A stretch of DNA of 34,362 nt from an uncultured Erysipelotrichaceae bacterium (lineage in GTDB: Bacteria; Bacillota_I; Bacilli_A; RFN20; CAG-288), in NCBI GenBank assembly GCA_902771745.1, contig CACXYG010000004.1:1-34362 (forward strand), read 5' to 3'. Below, in pieces: positions 17,228 to 26,912 of the stretch (its first letter is position 1; each line of letters starts with the position of its first letter). The notes beneath the pieces were generated by a model. It saw only the letters and a list, made by a program, of their open reading frames with translations. It was not told where the DNA came from and ran no database searches. The translations under genes and the position numbers were made by a program.

Positions 17228-19882
17228 TTAAGCTTCAGAAACGGTGATAACAATATCAGCGTTGAAGGTTAATGTAGCATTCCAGCTGGTGACATTATAC
17301 TTGGATAAGTTTGTATCAGTTGTACCGCCGACAGAAACAACAACATCAACGGCGATATCATCATAGTTACCATCTAAGTAGACGTATTGAGTAGCGCCCG
17401 CTTTGAAGGAAACAGGGTCACTAGAATAGGTGGTAAAGCCATAGTCCATGATGCTGATACCATAATCATCTTCTAATGGATTGTTGACTGTTAAGGTGTA
17501 AGTAGCAGATTTGACGAATTCAATATTGATAGAAGAAGAATCATCAACAGTGAAAGAGAAGTAGGAGATGGCATTGAAGTTGTCATCATATTCAGTACCA
17601 GAAGAAGCGGCCGTGCCATTGTAGTTAACACCATAAGTAGAGGTATCGTCTTCATCAACGGTAGTTAAGTAGACTTTAACGACATCATTTTCGTAAAGGG
17701 CAGAAAGGGTGCTGGTTTTCGCACCATCATTGACACTGTATAAAGCAGTGACAGCACCATTGGTGGAATCCGTGACGGTGGCAGTAGTAGCAGTCTTGCT
17801 GACCTGAGTTAAGGTGATGTTAGTCAAGTTAGAAGTAGCCTTAAAGGAATCGAAAGTCAGATAAACTTTACCGCCATAGATATAGACGCTAGATGTAGAA
17901 GAAGCGGTTGTACCACTTTCCGTGCGAGAAAGATTGACGCTATAGGCGTTTGTCTTTAAGACGACTTCGATAGTGATATCTTCATTCAAGTAGAGATCAA
18001 CGGAATTGACATTGTTAGTTGGAACGATGGTTTCATTGATTCTTAAACCAGTATGATTGATGGTGATAGATTCATAGACATCAGAAGAAAGAGAGGAATA
18101 GTCAAAACTGACAGTTTTCTTTTCTTTTTCAGTCTTGACGACTTCGATGACAACATCATAAGAAGGCATGATGAAGGAGTATGGATAGTAGTAGGCATCC
18201 TCGTCATAATTGACGGTGACAGTTGTGGATTCATCACCAACCTTATGAACCTTTACTTCAGTGATGTTATATTGGGCACCAGGGTTGACGCTGAATTTGA
18301 CTTCGTTGCCTTCAGCATAACTCGTCTTACCATAAGTGGAGAAACTGACATTATCATCTTCATTGGTGGTAACAGAGTGAGTTTCACCGATAGTTAAAGT
18401 GATAACAGCATTACCACTTTCTGGCATGACGAAGGCAATGGCATAAGCGGAATCCATACTTTCATAATCTTCATATCTTTGATATGGTTGCATTTCGCCA
18501 CCGTTTAAGCTACCGCCGATGACTTCATAACCAGCCTTGGTAGTTGGGATGACATAGAAGGTTTCACCCGGAGCAGCAGACGAGATTTCCCAGCCATCAT
18601 AAGAGAACTTGTTCTTGATGATGACAGAATCTAATTTGTCGTTGGCAGTGACACTGATAGTGCCGTTTTCTTCACAATTAAAGGTGATCGTAACCTTGTT
18701 GTTTGGCATGACGAAACTGATGTAGGTATAACCAGAAGCGTTGATTTCTGGAGTGTAGTCAACACCTTCTAAAGTGATGCTCTTTAAGTGTTTACTAGAA
18801 ATAGCTTTGACATAGAAAGAGACAGTTTCACCAACTAAGATTTTATCTGGAGCGGTGGTGGAATTATAGCCATAACCAGATTCATTAATTGTATAGAAGT
18901 TAACGTCACTGGCGTTAGTATATTCGATCGCCTGAGAACCGACAAGCTGACCTTCGACTTTGATGGTGATGTCTTTGGCTAAACCATCAATGCCATCAGC
19001 CATTGGTCTGATAGCAAAGTCGGTGATGTTGTTGGTGAACTTGTAACTGATGTTATTCCATTCGCTTTCGTCATTATACTTCCACTGGAAGGAGGTGACA
19101 CTGTAACCTTCTTCTCTGACCAAATAAGCGTTGAGATAGTCATATTTGGTATTTTCAGCAACACCTAAGAGTTTAAAGCCATCAGCGACATCAAAAGTAA
19201 CGGTGTGGCCATCTTCTTTTTCATGCTGCTGGACAGAATAAGCGATATAGACAGTGGTAGCATCGGCTGGCATCTTGAAAGAGACAGGGAGCAAACCGGT
19301 GGTTTCACCACCTTCAGCAAACTTTGGACGGATGACCTGGGAACCGACATGGACATAAATATGTTCTAAGATGCCTTCATCTAAGATGGATAAGACACCA
19401 TTTTCAGCAGCTTTGATTTCAAAGTAGATATCATCGCCTTCGTTGTGCTTTTGATTGAAGACGTTTTCATCATCGTTGATAGCCAAGAAATCTGGACTGA
19501 CGTTGACGAAGGATAAGAGGCTATTGCTGATGAAGGTAGCAGAGATAGTGATGTTTCCTTCAGGCATGATGAAGGTATAGGTTTCACCTTCTTTGACGGT
19601 GGTGAAAGAGACACCAGCAACCGAAGAAGTCAATTCTTTGAGTTCTTTGTTTTCTTCGGCGGTGACAGTAACGGTGATGGTTTCACCTTTTTTGGCACTT
19701 GTCTTATCTAAAGAGATGACGCCACCTTTGATATTGCTATCAACAGAGATGGTGTAGGTCTCTTCTACAGAGATGGAAGAGTCAGCAACAGAAGAGGTAG
19801 AGGAAATTGGAGTGATGGTGGTACCGCAGCTAGCTAACAAGGCTAAACTGGCGATAGACGCAAGAAGTAAATGTTTTTTCAT
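17228..19882 (-). CDS. Large modular surface lipoprotein (884 aa) built of about nine beta-rich repeat modules (divergent InlB-B-repeat/Flg_new-like)
   Basis: Lipobox LALLASC. Modules of about 85-100 aa recur, each ending in a shared signature: YTFIMPEGNITISATF, VSFKMPADATTVYIAY, ISFVMPNNKVTITFN, IAFVMPESGNAVITLT, YSFIMPSYDVVIEVV, FSFTVDDSSSINIEF and ATLTFNADIVITVS. Confidence 0.8.
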   Translation of the reverse strand: MKKHLLLASIASLALLASCGTTITPISSTSSVADSSISVEETYTISVDSNIKGGVISLDKTSAKKGETITVTVTAEENKELKELTSSVAGVSFTTVKEGETYTFIMPEGNITISATFISNSLLSFVNVSPDFLAINDDENVFNQKHNEGDDIYFEIKAAENGVLSILDEGILEHIYVHVGSQVIRPKFAEGGETTGLLPVSFKMPADATTVYIAYSVQQHEKEDGHTVTFDVADGFKLLGVAENTKYDYLNAYLVREEGYSVTSFQWKYNDESEWNNISYKFTNNITDFAIRPMADGIDGLAKDITIKVEGQLVGSQAIEYTNASDVNFYTINESGYGYNSTTAPDKILVGETVSFYVKAISSKHLKSITLEGVDYTPEINASGYTYISFVMPNNKVTITFNCEENGTISVTANDKLDSVIIKNKFSYDGWEISSAAPGETFYVIPTTKAGYEVIGGSLNGGEMQPYQRYEDYESMDSAYAIAFVMPESGNAVITLTIGETHSVTTNEDDNVSFSTYGKTSYAEGNEVKFSVNPGAQYNITEVKVHKVGDESTTVTVNYDEDAYYYPYSFIMPSYDVVIEVVKTEKEKKTVSFDYSSLSSDVYESITINHTGLRINETIVPTNNVNSVDLYLNEDITIEVVLKTNAYSVNLSRTESGTTASSTSSVYIYGGKVYLTFDSFKATSNLTNITLTQVSKTATTATVTDSTNGAVTALYSVNDGAKTSTLSALYENDVVKVYLTTVDEDDTSTYGVNYNGTAASSGTEYDDNFNAISYFSFTVDDSSSINIEFVKSATYTLTVNNPLEDDYGISIMDYGFTTYSSDPVSFKAGATQYVYLDGNYDDIAVDVVVSVGGTTDTNLSKYNVTSWNATLTFNADIVITVSEA

Positions 19883-19906
19883 TATCTAAATTTTCCTTTT
19901 TTTAAC

Positions 19907-21394
19907 TTAAAAATAAAGTTTGCTTCTGACTTCTTCAGGAAGAGTGGTAGATCCGACATCTTTGAATTTGATGGTGATAGTTTCAGCGCCACCAAAGCCC
20001 ATGGAATTATCAACATAAGTGACAGTGATCTGTGGTAAACCATCAACGATGGTAATTTCAGCACTGCTGGAAAGTAAGGTCTGCAAGGAGAAATAGACAT
20101 CTCTACTTTCATCACTGACAACACCATCTTCAACAAAGTTGGACTTAGCTAAATAGGTAGCATTTGCTAAAAGTGGTTGTAATTCGTTATAGACGGCAGA
20201 GACGTTTCTGCTATCGACAACATACTTATCTCCGCTCTTGTTGAAGAATAATGGAGAGATGGTATCTAACTTTGGAAGATAATCACTGGCCTTCAAACCA
20301 GAAAGGAGAGAAGTGGTTTCATTAAAGGAGAGGTTATTGCCATAGGTGTAGCCCTTCATCGTGCCATCTGTGTTGGTCAATAAGAGACCATCACCAGTGT
20401 TTAAACCTTTGACAGAAGATTCGGCAATCTTATCGATGAAGATCTTGTCTCCATCGAAGTAGTAGATTTCATGAATTGGACTTGCCAATCTCATTTCATC
20501 AGGAGTCAAAACATACTCCATGGTGTAGCTCTTATCCTTTAAAGCAGCAAAAGCGTCGGTTAAAGTGGTTCTGTCAACACTATCTTCACTAAGAGGAGAA
20601 GTGTGAGTGTAACTGACTTCATCACCGGTCTCGACAAAGGTTAAGTTGAAACTTAAAACTTCATCTATGCCAGTAGAGCTGGTTCTCTTGTTAAATTCCA
20701 TGGTAAAGGAAGAGAACTTGTCACCATTTAAAGTGAAATAAGCGTTATCGTTAAGGTTTCTGTTGGTGTAGTTAGCCATATCGGTACCAAACCAGGAAGC
20801 GATATATCTACTCGCACCTTCTGAGAGGAAGAATCTGGTGTTATTTTCACTGTAGTAGAAATTGTTGCTATCTAATAATTCAAAAGGATTAGAGAACAAG
20901 GAATCAAAGTAACTATCACCAGTGGTGCGATAATCTGCGATGATCTTGTTATCGTAGGTCAAGTTTTCCTGATAGAAGTTACCTTTGTCGTCGTCATAGT
21001 AATAATTGAATGGATCAGAACTTTCTTTTAAAGCGCCATCGGCACGGAAAGATAAGGATCTTTCACCATAGACTTTACCGGTGCTGTCATTTTTTAAGAT
21101 GACTTCCTTGGCAAAATTGGTGATGGTTCTATCAGAAGCGGAATTGTATTGGCTGACTTTGTAGGAGGCTTTAGCCTGGAAACCGATCTTTAAGGCTTTC
21201 AAGGCATTTTCTAAAGCGACGTTTTCTTCTTTTGTGGAGGTAGAAGATGTGGAAGATTCTTCAACCTGGGAAGAAGTGTCAGCAGCGGAACTCTGGCTTG
21301 TGGAAGAAGGAGTGACAGAAGTGCTGGAGGTATTTCCACAGGCGACTAAGGCTAACATAGATAAGCTAAGTGCAAAGAAATTGATTTTTTTCAT
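19907..21394 (-). CDS. Lipoprotein of unknown function (495 aa)
   Basis: Lipobox LALVAC and a Ser/Thr-rich linker. It lies 24 nt upstream of the 884-aa lipoprotein gene on the same strand, so it is probably co-transcribed. Confidence 0.75.
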   Translation of the reverse strand: MKKINFFALSLSMLALVACGNTSSTSVTPSSTSQSSAADTSSQVEESSTSSTSTKEENVALENALKALKIGFQAKASYKVSQYNSASDRTITNFAKEVILKNDSTGKVYGERSLSFRADGALKESSDPFNYYYDDDKGNFYQENLTYDNKIIADYRTTGDSYFDSLFSNPFELLDSNNFYYSENNTRFFLSEGASRYIASWFGTDMANYTNRNLNDNAYFTLNGDKFSSFTMEFNKRTSSTGIDEVLSFNLTFVETGDEVSYTHTSPLSEDSVDRTTLTDAFAALKDKSYTMEYVLTPDEMRLASPIHEIYYFDGDKIFIDKIAESSVKGLNTGDGLLLTNTDGTMKGYTYGNNLSFNETTSLLSGLKASDYLPKLDTISPLFFNKSGDKYVVDSRNVSAVYNELQPLLANATYLAKSNFVEDGVVSDESRDVYFSLQTLLSSSAEITIVDGLPQITVTYVDNSMGFGGAETITIKFKDVGSTTLPEEVRSKLYF

Positions 21395-21478
21395 AGTTCG
21401 GACCTCTTTTTATATACACATGAAAAAGATTATAAGGCACAAAGTTGGTTTAGTAAGGCAAAATTTCAATATTATTTC

Positions 21479-21519
21479 AAAAAATAAAAAGTAAGCGCTT
21501 CAAAGAAACACTTACTTTT
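21479..21519 (-). terminator. Candidate (AU-rich) rho-independent terminator after the 229-aa lipoprotein gene
   Basis: AAAAGTAAG (21487-21495) pairs with CTTACTTTT (21511-21519) with a 15-nt loop, followed by a T-rich run on the minus strand. The stem is weak, with only 2 GC pairs. Confidence 0.4.
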
Positions 21520-21540
21520 GGTATGTTACGAAATCTTGTT

Positions 21541-22230
21541 TTACCAGAGGTGATAATCGCTTGAAATAGTAGTTAATAGTTTTTCTAGATAACAGCTGCT
21601 GGCTCTAATTGGTTCTAAAGCATCTAAGGCTAAGTCTTCTTCTTTCTTCTTTCCTTGATCAGGAATGGTTGAAGAAGTAGTGATGCTATAAGTAGCTTTG
21701 CTGATCAATGGAGAAGAAGCAAAGGTGATGTCACTATAGGTGATATCTAAATAGGTATATTGTTCTTCTTTGTTTTTATCAAGGTAGTCATAGCAATAAG
21801 AGATGGTGTAACTATCCTTTTTAAAATCTGTCAGATTAAAGTAGGTAGAGAAGTAATAATATGAATTAGGTAAAGTAGAAGAATCGTCTAAATAATAGGT
21901 AGCAGCTAAGAAATAAGGGTTGTTTTCTAAATTAGTATCATAGGAGATATCAATCTTGAAGTTGCGACCATTGAGCACTCCTTTATATAAGAAGATATAG
22001 TCAGTCGCATTGGAAAGATGAGAACCATAGTTCAAGAAATAGTTCTTGATGTCGGTTTCTTTATCCTTGGTTAAGCCTTGTTCATTCTTGTGAAAAGTGA
22101 CTTCACTTACATCATAAGTGTTGTGATAAGTAACCTGGTTACCTTCAATAGCAGCACTGATTTTCTCATAAGAATTACAGGAAGTCAGAAGTAAACAAGA
22201 GGCGATTAAAATCAATTTATTGTTTTTCAT
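21541..22230 (-). CDS. Small Tyr/Asn-rich lipoprotein of unknown function (229 aa)
   Basis: The start was reset to the ATG at 22230 (MKNNKLILIASCLLLTSC, signal peptide plus lipobox). The longer track ORF, which runs up to 22401, would overlap the glpK start. Confidence 0.7.
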   Translation of the reverse strand: MKNNKLILIASCLLLTSCNSYEKISAAIEGNQVTYHNTYDVSEVTFHKNEQGLTKDKETDIKNYFLNYGSHLSNATDYIFLYKGVLNGRNFKIDISYDTNLENNPYFLAATYYLDDSSTLPNSYYYFSTYFNLTDFKKDSYTISYCYDYLDKNKEEQYTYLDITYSDITFASSPLISKATYSITTSSTIPDQGKKKEEDLALDALEPIRASSCYLEKLLTTISSDYHLW

Positions 22231-22339
22231 GCACAAAGTATAGCACATAGGCAAAATAATCATCGAAAAAAGTCTAATTATTATAGATAAAAGGGCTTTC
22301 ATCGACTTATAATAAACGTAGAACCTTTTGGAGGAATTT

Positions 22340-23836
22340 ATGAAGAAATACATCCTATCTATCGACCAGGGCACAACGTCTACCCGCGCCATTTTAATCA
22401 ACAGTCAAGGTGAAGAAGTCTTCAAAGCTCAAAGAGAAGTCGAATGTCTCTTTCCCCAACCTGGCTGGGTTGAAGTCAATCCAAACAAAATTTGGATTTC
22501 TACCATCGATGTCATCAACGAATTGATGGTCGTCTCCTCTTCCAATATGGAAGAAGTCGCTGCTATCGGTATCACCAATCAAAGAGAAACCACCGTTGTT
22601 TGGGATAGAATTACCGGTCAGGCAGTCTATAACGCGATTGTCTGGCAATCCAAACAAACGCAGGACTTATGCGATGAAAGAGAAGATAAGATGGAGTTCA
22701 TTCAAAACAAGACCGGTTTAAGAATGAATCCGTATTTCTCCGCTTCCAAAATCAGATTCATCCTCGATCACATTCCCGATGGTCAAAAGAGAGCGGAACG
22801 TGGTGAACTCATGTTTGGTACCATCGACTCTTGGCTGATCTACAAGATGACTTATGGAAAGTGCCACTATACTGATGTCACCAATGCTTCCAGAACCATG
22901 CTTTATAACATCTTCGATATGAAGTGGGATAAGGAATTGTTAGATATCTGGAACATTCCTGAGAGCATGTTACCAGAAGTCTTAGATAACTCTGCTGACT
23001 TTGGCGAAGCTGCTTTCTTCCCTGGTCATGTTCATATCCATGGCGTTGCTGGTGACCAGCAAGCCGCTTTGTTTGGTCAGTGCTGCTTCCAGGCTGGTGA
23101 AAGTAAGAACACCTATGGTACTGGTTGCTTCATGTTGATGAATATCGGTGATAAGCCACTCATCTCTAAGCAGGGTTTATTAACAACAGTCGCTTGGAGA
23201 GAAGGCGGAGTTACCACTTATGCCTTAGAGGGTTCTGTCTTCATGGGTGGAGCTATCATCCAATGGTTAAGAGACCAGATGGATTTGATCAAATCCAGCG
23301 CCCAGTCTGAAGAATATGCAAACCGTGTTCACGATACTGCTGGTGTCTATGTTGTTCCAGCCTTTGTCGGTCTTGGTACACCATATTGGGATGATGATGC
23401 CAGAGGTGCTGTCTTCGGTTTAACCAGAGGCGCTGATCGTCATCACTTTGTCAGAGCGACTTTGTTCTCTATCGCTTATCAGTCAAAAGATGTCATTGAA
23501 GCGATGAAGAGAGAGGCCGGATTAGAACTCAAGTCCTTAAGAGTAGATGGTGGTGCTTCTGCTAACGCCTTATTGATGCAGTTCCAGTCTGATATTCTTC
23601 AATGTGAAATCTCGCTTCCAAAATATGTGGAAACCACCGCGCTTGGCGCCGGTTATATGGCGGGTCTTGGTGTCAACTTCTGGAAGTCCAAAGCTGACAT
23701 TGAACAAAATCACACCATTCAGAAGAAGTATTATCCAATGATGCCTCAAAGCGAGGTAGATTGTCTATATGAAGGTTGGTTACAGGCAGTTAATGCCACC
23801 AGAGCATTCAAACCTAAGAAGAAATGTGAATGTTAA
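22340..23836 (+). CDS. glpK: Glycerol kinase
   Basis: The N-terminus is MKKYILSIDQGTTSTRAIL, and the FGGY-kinase motifs GITNQRETTVVWD and GDQQAALFGQ are present. The ATG at 22340 follows GGAGGA. Confidence 0.93.
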   Translation: MKKYILSIDQGTTSTRAILINSQGEEVFKAQREVECLFPQPGWVEVNPNKIWISTIDVINELMVVSSSNMEEVAAIGITNQRETTVVWDRITGQAVYNAIVWQSKQTQDLCDEREDKMEFIQNKTGLRMNPYFSASKIRFILDHIPDGQKRAERGELMFGTIDSWLIYKMTYGKCHYTDVTNASRTMLYNIFDMKWDKELLDIWNIPESMLPEVLDNSADFGEAAFFPGHVHIHGVAGDQQAALFGQCCFQAGESKNTYGTGCFMLMNIGDKPLISKQGLLTTVAWREGGVTTYALEGSVFMGGAIIQWLRDQMDLIKSSAQSEEYANRVHDTAGVYVVPAFVGLGTPYWDDDARGAVFGLTRGADRHHFVRATLFSIAYQSKDVIEAMKREAGLELKSLRVDGGASANALLMQFQSDILQCEISLPKYVETTALGAGYMAGLGVNFWKSKADIEQNHTIQKKYYPMMPQSEVDCLYEGWLQAVNATRAFKPKKKCEC

Positions 23837-23905
23837 ATTGATAAATTACACAAATCGTTTTAAAATTTAATTAATACTGAAAACCAGGTAAAAGGAGGAG
23901 ATCTT

Positions 23906-25345
23906 ATGGACAGTAAATTACGTGAAATTTTAACCGATGACCTCATTGCTGAGGTTAAAGACATTAAGCCAACCGAGCGTGAGGCTCAGTTACTTAAATC
24001 CTTAGATGAATCTGACATCACCAAGTTCACTCCTGAAGAAAAAGCCGTTGAAGAAGAAACCCCCATCGAAGAAACTCCCGTCGAAGAGGCTCCGGTCGAA
24101 GAAGTACCAGCTGAAGAACCTGCTCCTGAAGAAGAACCAGTTAAGGAGGAGGAACCGGTTGCTGAGGAAGAGAAAGCTGAACCGGTAGTGGTCGCCATCA
24201 ATGATGATTTATCTGATGGTAAACGTCCTGATGAAGAAACTTCACCAAAAGAAGATGATAAAGGCGAACCTGGTAAACCAGAAGTGGTCGCTGTCAACAA
24301 CTTAGATGAAGAACCAGCGGAAGAAGAACCTGAACCAGAAGAAGCACCAACCGAAGAACCAGCTCCTGAAGAGGAACCTGTTGAAGAGGCTCCTGCTGAA
24401 GAAGAAAAGGTCGAAGAAAAACCAGCCGAAGAACCAGTTTCTGAAGAAGAAAAGCCAGCTGAAGAAGCTGATGATGAACCAAGAGAAGGTGAAACTCCAG
24501 AAGAAGCGGAAGCCAGACGTAAATTAAAGATCAGAGGTTCTATCTCTGAAGCGGTTGGCGAAGCCGGCACCTCCAAAGTTCCTGGTAAATTCGAAGTCTT
24601 CCCAGAAGATGATGAATTCAAGTACAGATTAAAAGCCAATAATGGTGAAATCTTAGTTGTCTCTTATGGTTATACCACTAGAGAAGGCGCCCATGCTGGT
24701 ATTGACACTCTCAAGAAGAATCTTGAAAGTGGTGTTGTCGCTTATATCACAGATAAGAATGGTCGTTCGCAGTGGAGATTATCTACTGGTAATGATGCTA
24801 GAATCGTCGCTTTGGGTGAAACCTATTCTTCCTTAGCCTCTGCTCAGTCTGCCTTTGCTTCAACCCAGAAGTTTGGTAAAGCCGATCGTATTATCGACTT
24901 AGATGAAATTCCAGCCAAGGAAAGAAGAACCTGGGAATTCACCGCTGAAGTAGAAGATGAAAAAGATTCTGGTACCATAGAAATCTATGATGATAATGGT
25001 AAGTTCAGAGCAAGATTGCTCGCCAACAACCAGGAAGTCTTATTCGTTACTGCCCAGTCCTATTCCTCCAAGGCTTCTTTGAAGTCCTCCTTAGAGAACA
25101 TCAAAGAAAAACTTGGTCCAAAAGCCTTCCACCTCTCCAAAGATAAACAGGATAGATATCAGTTCATCATGGAATCCGGTTCCGGCTTTGTCTATCTTGT
25201 CGGTGAATCCTATTCTGCCGGTGCCACTGCAAAATCCGCAGCTGGTTCCGTCTTAGCCTTTATCAACAAGGCTGAAGTGGTTGATCTCACCTTGAAGTCT
25301 GCTAATGTCGATGTTGAATTGACTGGCACTAAGAAAGAAGATTAA
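23906..25345 (+). CDS. Acidic Pro/Glu-rich protein with four C-terminal DUF1508 (YegP-like) repeats (479 aa)
   Basis: Residues about 44-203 are almost entirely E/P/A/V. The C-terminal half has four YegP-type repeats: FKYRLKANNGEILVVSYGYTTREGAHAGIDTLKKN, QWRLSTGNDARIVALGETYSSLASAQSAF, FRARLLANNQEVLFVTAQSYSSKASLKSSLENIKEK and YQFIMESGSGFVYLVGESYSAGATAKSAAGSV. Confidence 0.75.
   Translation: MDSKLREILTDDLIAEVKDIKPTEREAQLLKSLDESDITKFTPEEKAVEEETPIEETPVEEAPVEEVPAEEPAPEEEPVKEEEPVAEEEKAEPVVVAINDDLSDGKRPDEETSPKEDDKGEPGKPEVVAVNNLDEEPAEEEPEPEEAPTEEPAPEEEPVEEAPAEEEKVEEKPAEEPVSEEEKPAEEADDEPREGETPEEAEARRKLKIRGSISEAVGEAGTSKVPGKFEVFPEDDEFKYRLKANNGEILVVSYGYTTREGAHAGIDTLKKNLESGVVAYITDKNGRSQWRLSTGNDARIVALGETYSSLASAQSAFASTQKFGKADRIIDLDEIPAKERRTWEFTAEVEDEKDSGTIEIYDDNGKFRARLLANNQEVLFVTAQSYSSKASLKSSLENIKEKLGPKAFHLSKDKQDRYQFIMESGSGFVYLVGESYSAGATAKSAAGSVLAFINKAEVVDLTLKSANVDVELTGTKKED
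24035..24514 (+). repeat. Low-complexity GAA/CCA-rich coding repeat region (PE-rich acidic tract with an internal duplication)
   Basis: EEPAPEEEPV occurs exactly twice (aa 70-79 and 150-159). VVVAINDDL and VVAVNNLD punctuate two PE blocks. The mirror-strand Ser-rich ORF is an artefact of this tract. Confidence 0.6.
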
Positions 25346-25363
25346 TCTTTAGGTAAACTATCT

Positions 25364-25396
25364 AGACCGCGTTGATTTGACGCGGTCTTTTATTTG
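25364..25396 (+). terminator. Rho-independent terminator after the DUF1508 gene
   Basis: AGACCGCG (25364-25371) pairs with CGCGGTCT (25381-25388) with a 9-nt loop, then TTTTATTT. Confidence 0.7.
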
Positions 25397-25409
25397 AAAA
25401 TTTTTTTCT

Positions 25410-25437
25410 TTGAAACCTAGGGCATCACCGATATACT
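25410..25437 (+). promoter_or_regulatory. Candidate sigma-A promoter of glyA
   Basis: A TTGAAA -35 (25410-25415), a 16-nt spacer and a TATACT -10 (25432-25437). The leader to the ATG is only about 25 nt, with the RBS AAAGGAGAA. Confidence 0.5.
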
Positions 25438-25465
25438 ATTTCTATTATAAAAAAGGAGAATCGCC

Positions 25466-26725
25466 ATGATCGATAACAAAGAACTGAAGTTACAAGATCC
25501 GGAAGTCTATGCCGCTATTGCTGCCGAAAACAAGCGTCAATGCGATAACATCGAATTGATTGCCTCCGAAAATTTTGTTTCGAATGCCGTTCGTGAAGCC
25601 AATGGTTCTGTCATGACCAACAAGTATGCTGAAGGTTATCCAGGAAAACGTTATTATGGTGGATGCGTCAATGTCGATGTCGCGGAAACGATTGCGATTG
25701 AACGCGCTAAAAAGTTATTCGATTGTGCATGGGCCAATGTCCAGCCACACTCTGGTACACAGGCCAATATTGAAGTCTACAAAGCTTTGCTCAGTAATGG
25801 TGATCGTATCTTAGGTATGTCTTTAGATGCCGGTGGACATCTCTCCCACGGTTATCGTCTTTCTGAATCCGGTATGGATTATGAATCCTTCTTCTATGGT
25901 GTTGATGAAAAGACTGGTCTTATTGATTATGATAGAGTTTTAGATATCGCTAGAATTGTTAAACCAAAGCTCATCATCGCTGGTGCTTCCGCTTATCCAA
26001 GATTTATCGACTTTAAGAAGTTTAGAGAAATTGCTGATGAAGTTGGCGCTCTTTTGATGGTTGATATGGCGCATATCGCCGGTCTTGTTGCCGGTGGTGC
26101 TCATCCAAGCCCACTTCCTTATGCAGATGTGGTTACTACCACCACGCATAAAACCTTAAGAGGTCCAAGAGGTGGTTTGATTCTCTCTAACAATAAAGAA
26201 CTAGGTAAGAAGATCGATCGTGCTGTCTTCCCACGTTGTCAGGGTGGTCCATTAGAAAATACCATCGCTGCTAAGGCGGTTGCCTTTGGTGAAGATCTGA
26301 AACCAGAATTCAAAACTTATGCCGCTCAAATTGTCGCTAATGCCAAAGCCTTGGCTGATGAATTAGCCAAAGCTGGTTTACCAATTGTCACCGATGGTAC
26401 GGATAACCATCTCATGTTGGTCAATGTCAAAGATACCTTCGATGTCACTGGTTTACAGGCGCAGTTGTTATTAGAATCTGTCAATATCACCTGCAATAAG
26501 AACTCCATTCCTGGCGATAAGGAAAAGCCAGCCTATACTTCTGGTATCAGACTTGGTACTCCAGCCATGACCACTCGTGGTTTCAAGGAAGAAGAGTTCC
26601 GTTTGGTCGGTAGATTGATTGCGACCGTCTTAAAGAATCCAGAAGACACGGCTTTGCACGCAAAAGTGAAAGAAGAAGTGCACAATTTGACTGAAAAGTT
26701 CCCACTTCCTTACGAAAAAGACTAA
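25466..26725 (+). CDS. glyA: Serine hydroxymethyltransferase
   Basis: Contains [24 protein letters not shown] and the PLP-lysine region [14 protein letters not shown]. Confidence 0.95.
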   Translation: MIDNKELKLQDPEVYAAIAAENKRQCDNIELIASENFVSNAVREANGSVMTNKYAEGYPGKRYYGGCVNVDVAETIAIERAKKLFDCAWANVQPHSGTQANIEVYKALLSNGDRILGMSLDAGGHLSHGYRLSESGMDYESFFYGVDEKTGLIDYDRVLDIARIVKPKLIIAGASAYPRFIDFKKFREIADEVGALLMVDMAHIAGLVAGGAHPSPLPYADVVTTTTHKTLRGPRGGLILSNNKELGKKIDRAVFPRCQGGPLENTIAAKAVAFGEDLKPEFKTYAAQIVANAKALADELAKAGLPIVTDGTDNHLMLVNVKDTFDVTGLQAQLLLESVNITCNKNSIPGDKEKPAYTSGIRLGTPAMTTRGFKEEEFRLVGRLIATVLKNPEDTALHAKVKEEVHNLTEKFPLPYEKD

Positions 26726-26744
26726 TTTTCTAAAATTTATTCTC

Positions 26745-26788
26745 AAGGCCCAAATTGAATTCTATGAACGAATTCATGGGCCTTTTTG
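26745..26788 (+). terminator. Rho-independent terminator of glyA
   Basis: AAGGCCCA (26745-26752) pairs with TGGGCCTT (26777-26784), with inner GAATTC/GAATTC pairing, then a T-run. Confidence 0.65.
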
Positions 26789-26912
26789 CGTGCATTTAGT
26801 GCAAAAACGAGAAATAATGACAAATTTTGAGATAAACATAAGGGAAAATAAAATCATAATGCGCAATTAGTGCGCATTTTCATGTATACAAGTATAAAAC
26901 AAGCGCTTTTCT

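Noticed and set aside
22231-22339. A possible cre site or GlpP-type antiterminator leader upstream of glpK
   Set aside because: The best cre-like stretch (TGAAAGCCCTTTT on the minus strand) misses the central CG and the 3' half of the consensus. The leader is too short and has no terminator hairpin for antitermination control.
22231-22401. The N-terminal 57-aa extension of the 21541 lipoprotein ORF, overlapping the glpK start
   Set aside because: The internal ATG at 22230 gives a textbook signal peptide plus lipobox. The extension would bury the signal peptide and overlap the divergent glpK RBS and start.
23986-24639. A 217-aa Ser/Gly-rich ORF antisense to the DUF1508 gene, plus small Lys-rich plus-strand ORFs (24006-24188, 24306-24527)
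   Set aside because: These are mirror or shifted readings of the GAA/CCA-rich low-complexity tract. They have no RBS or independent signals.
25346-25465. A riboswitch or T-box upstream of glyA
   Set aside because: The predicted leader is only about 25 nt and contains no specifier, T-box or other conserved structure.
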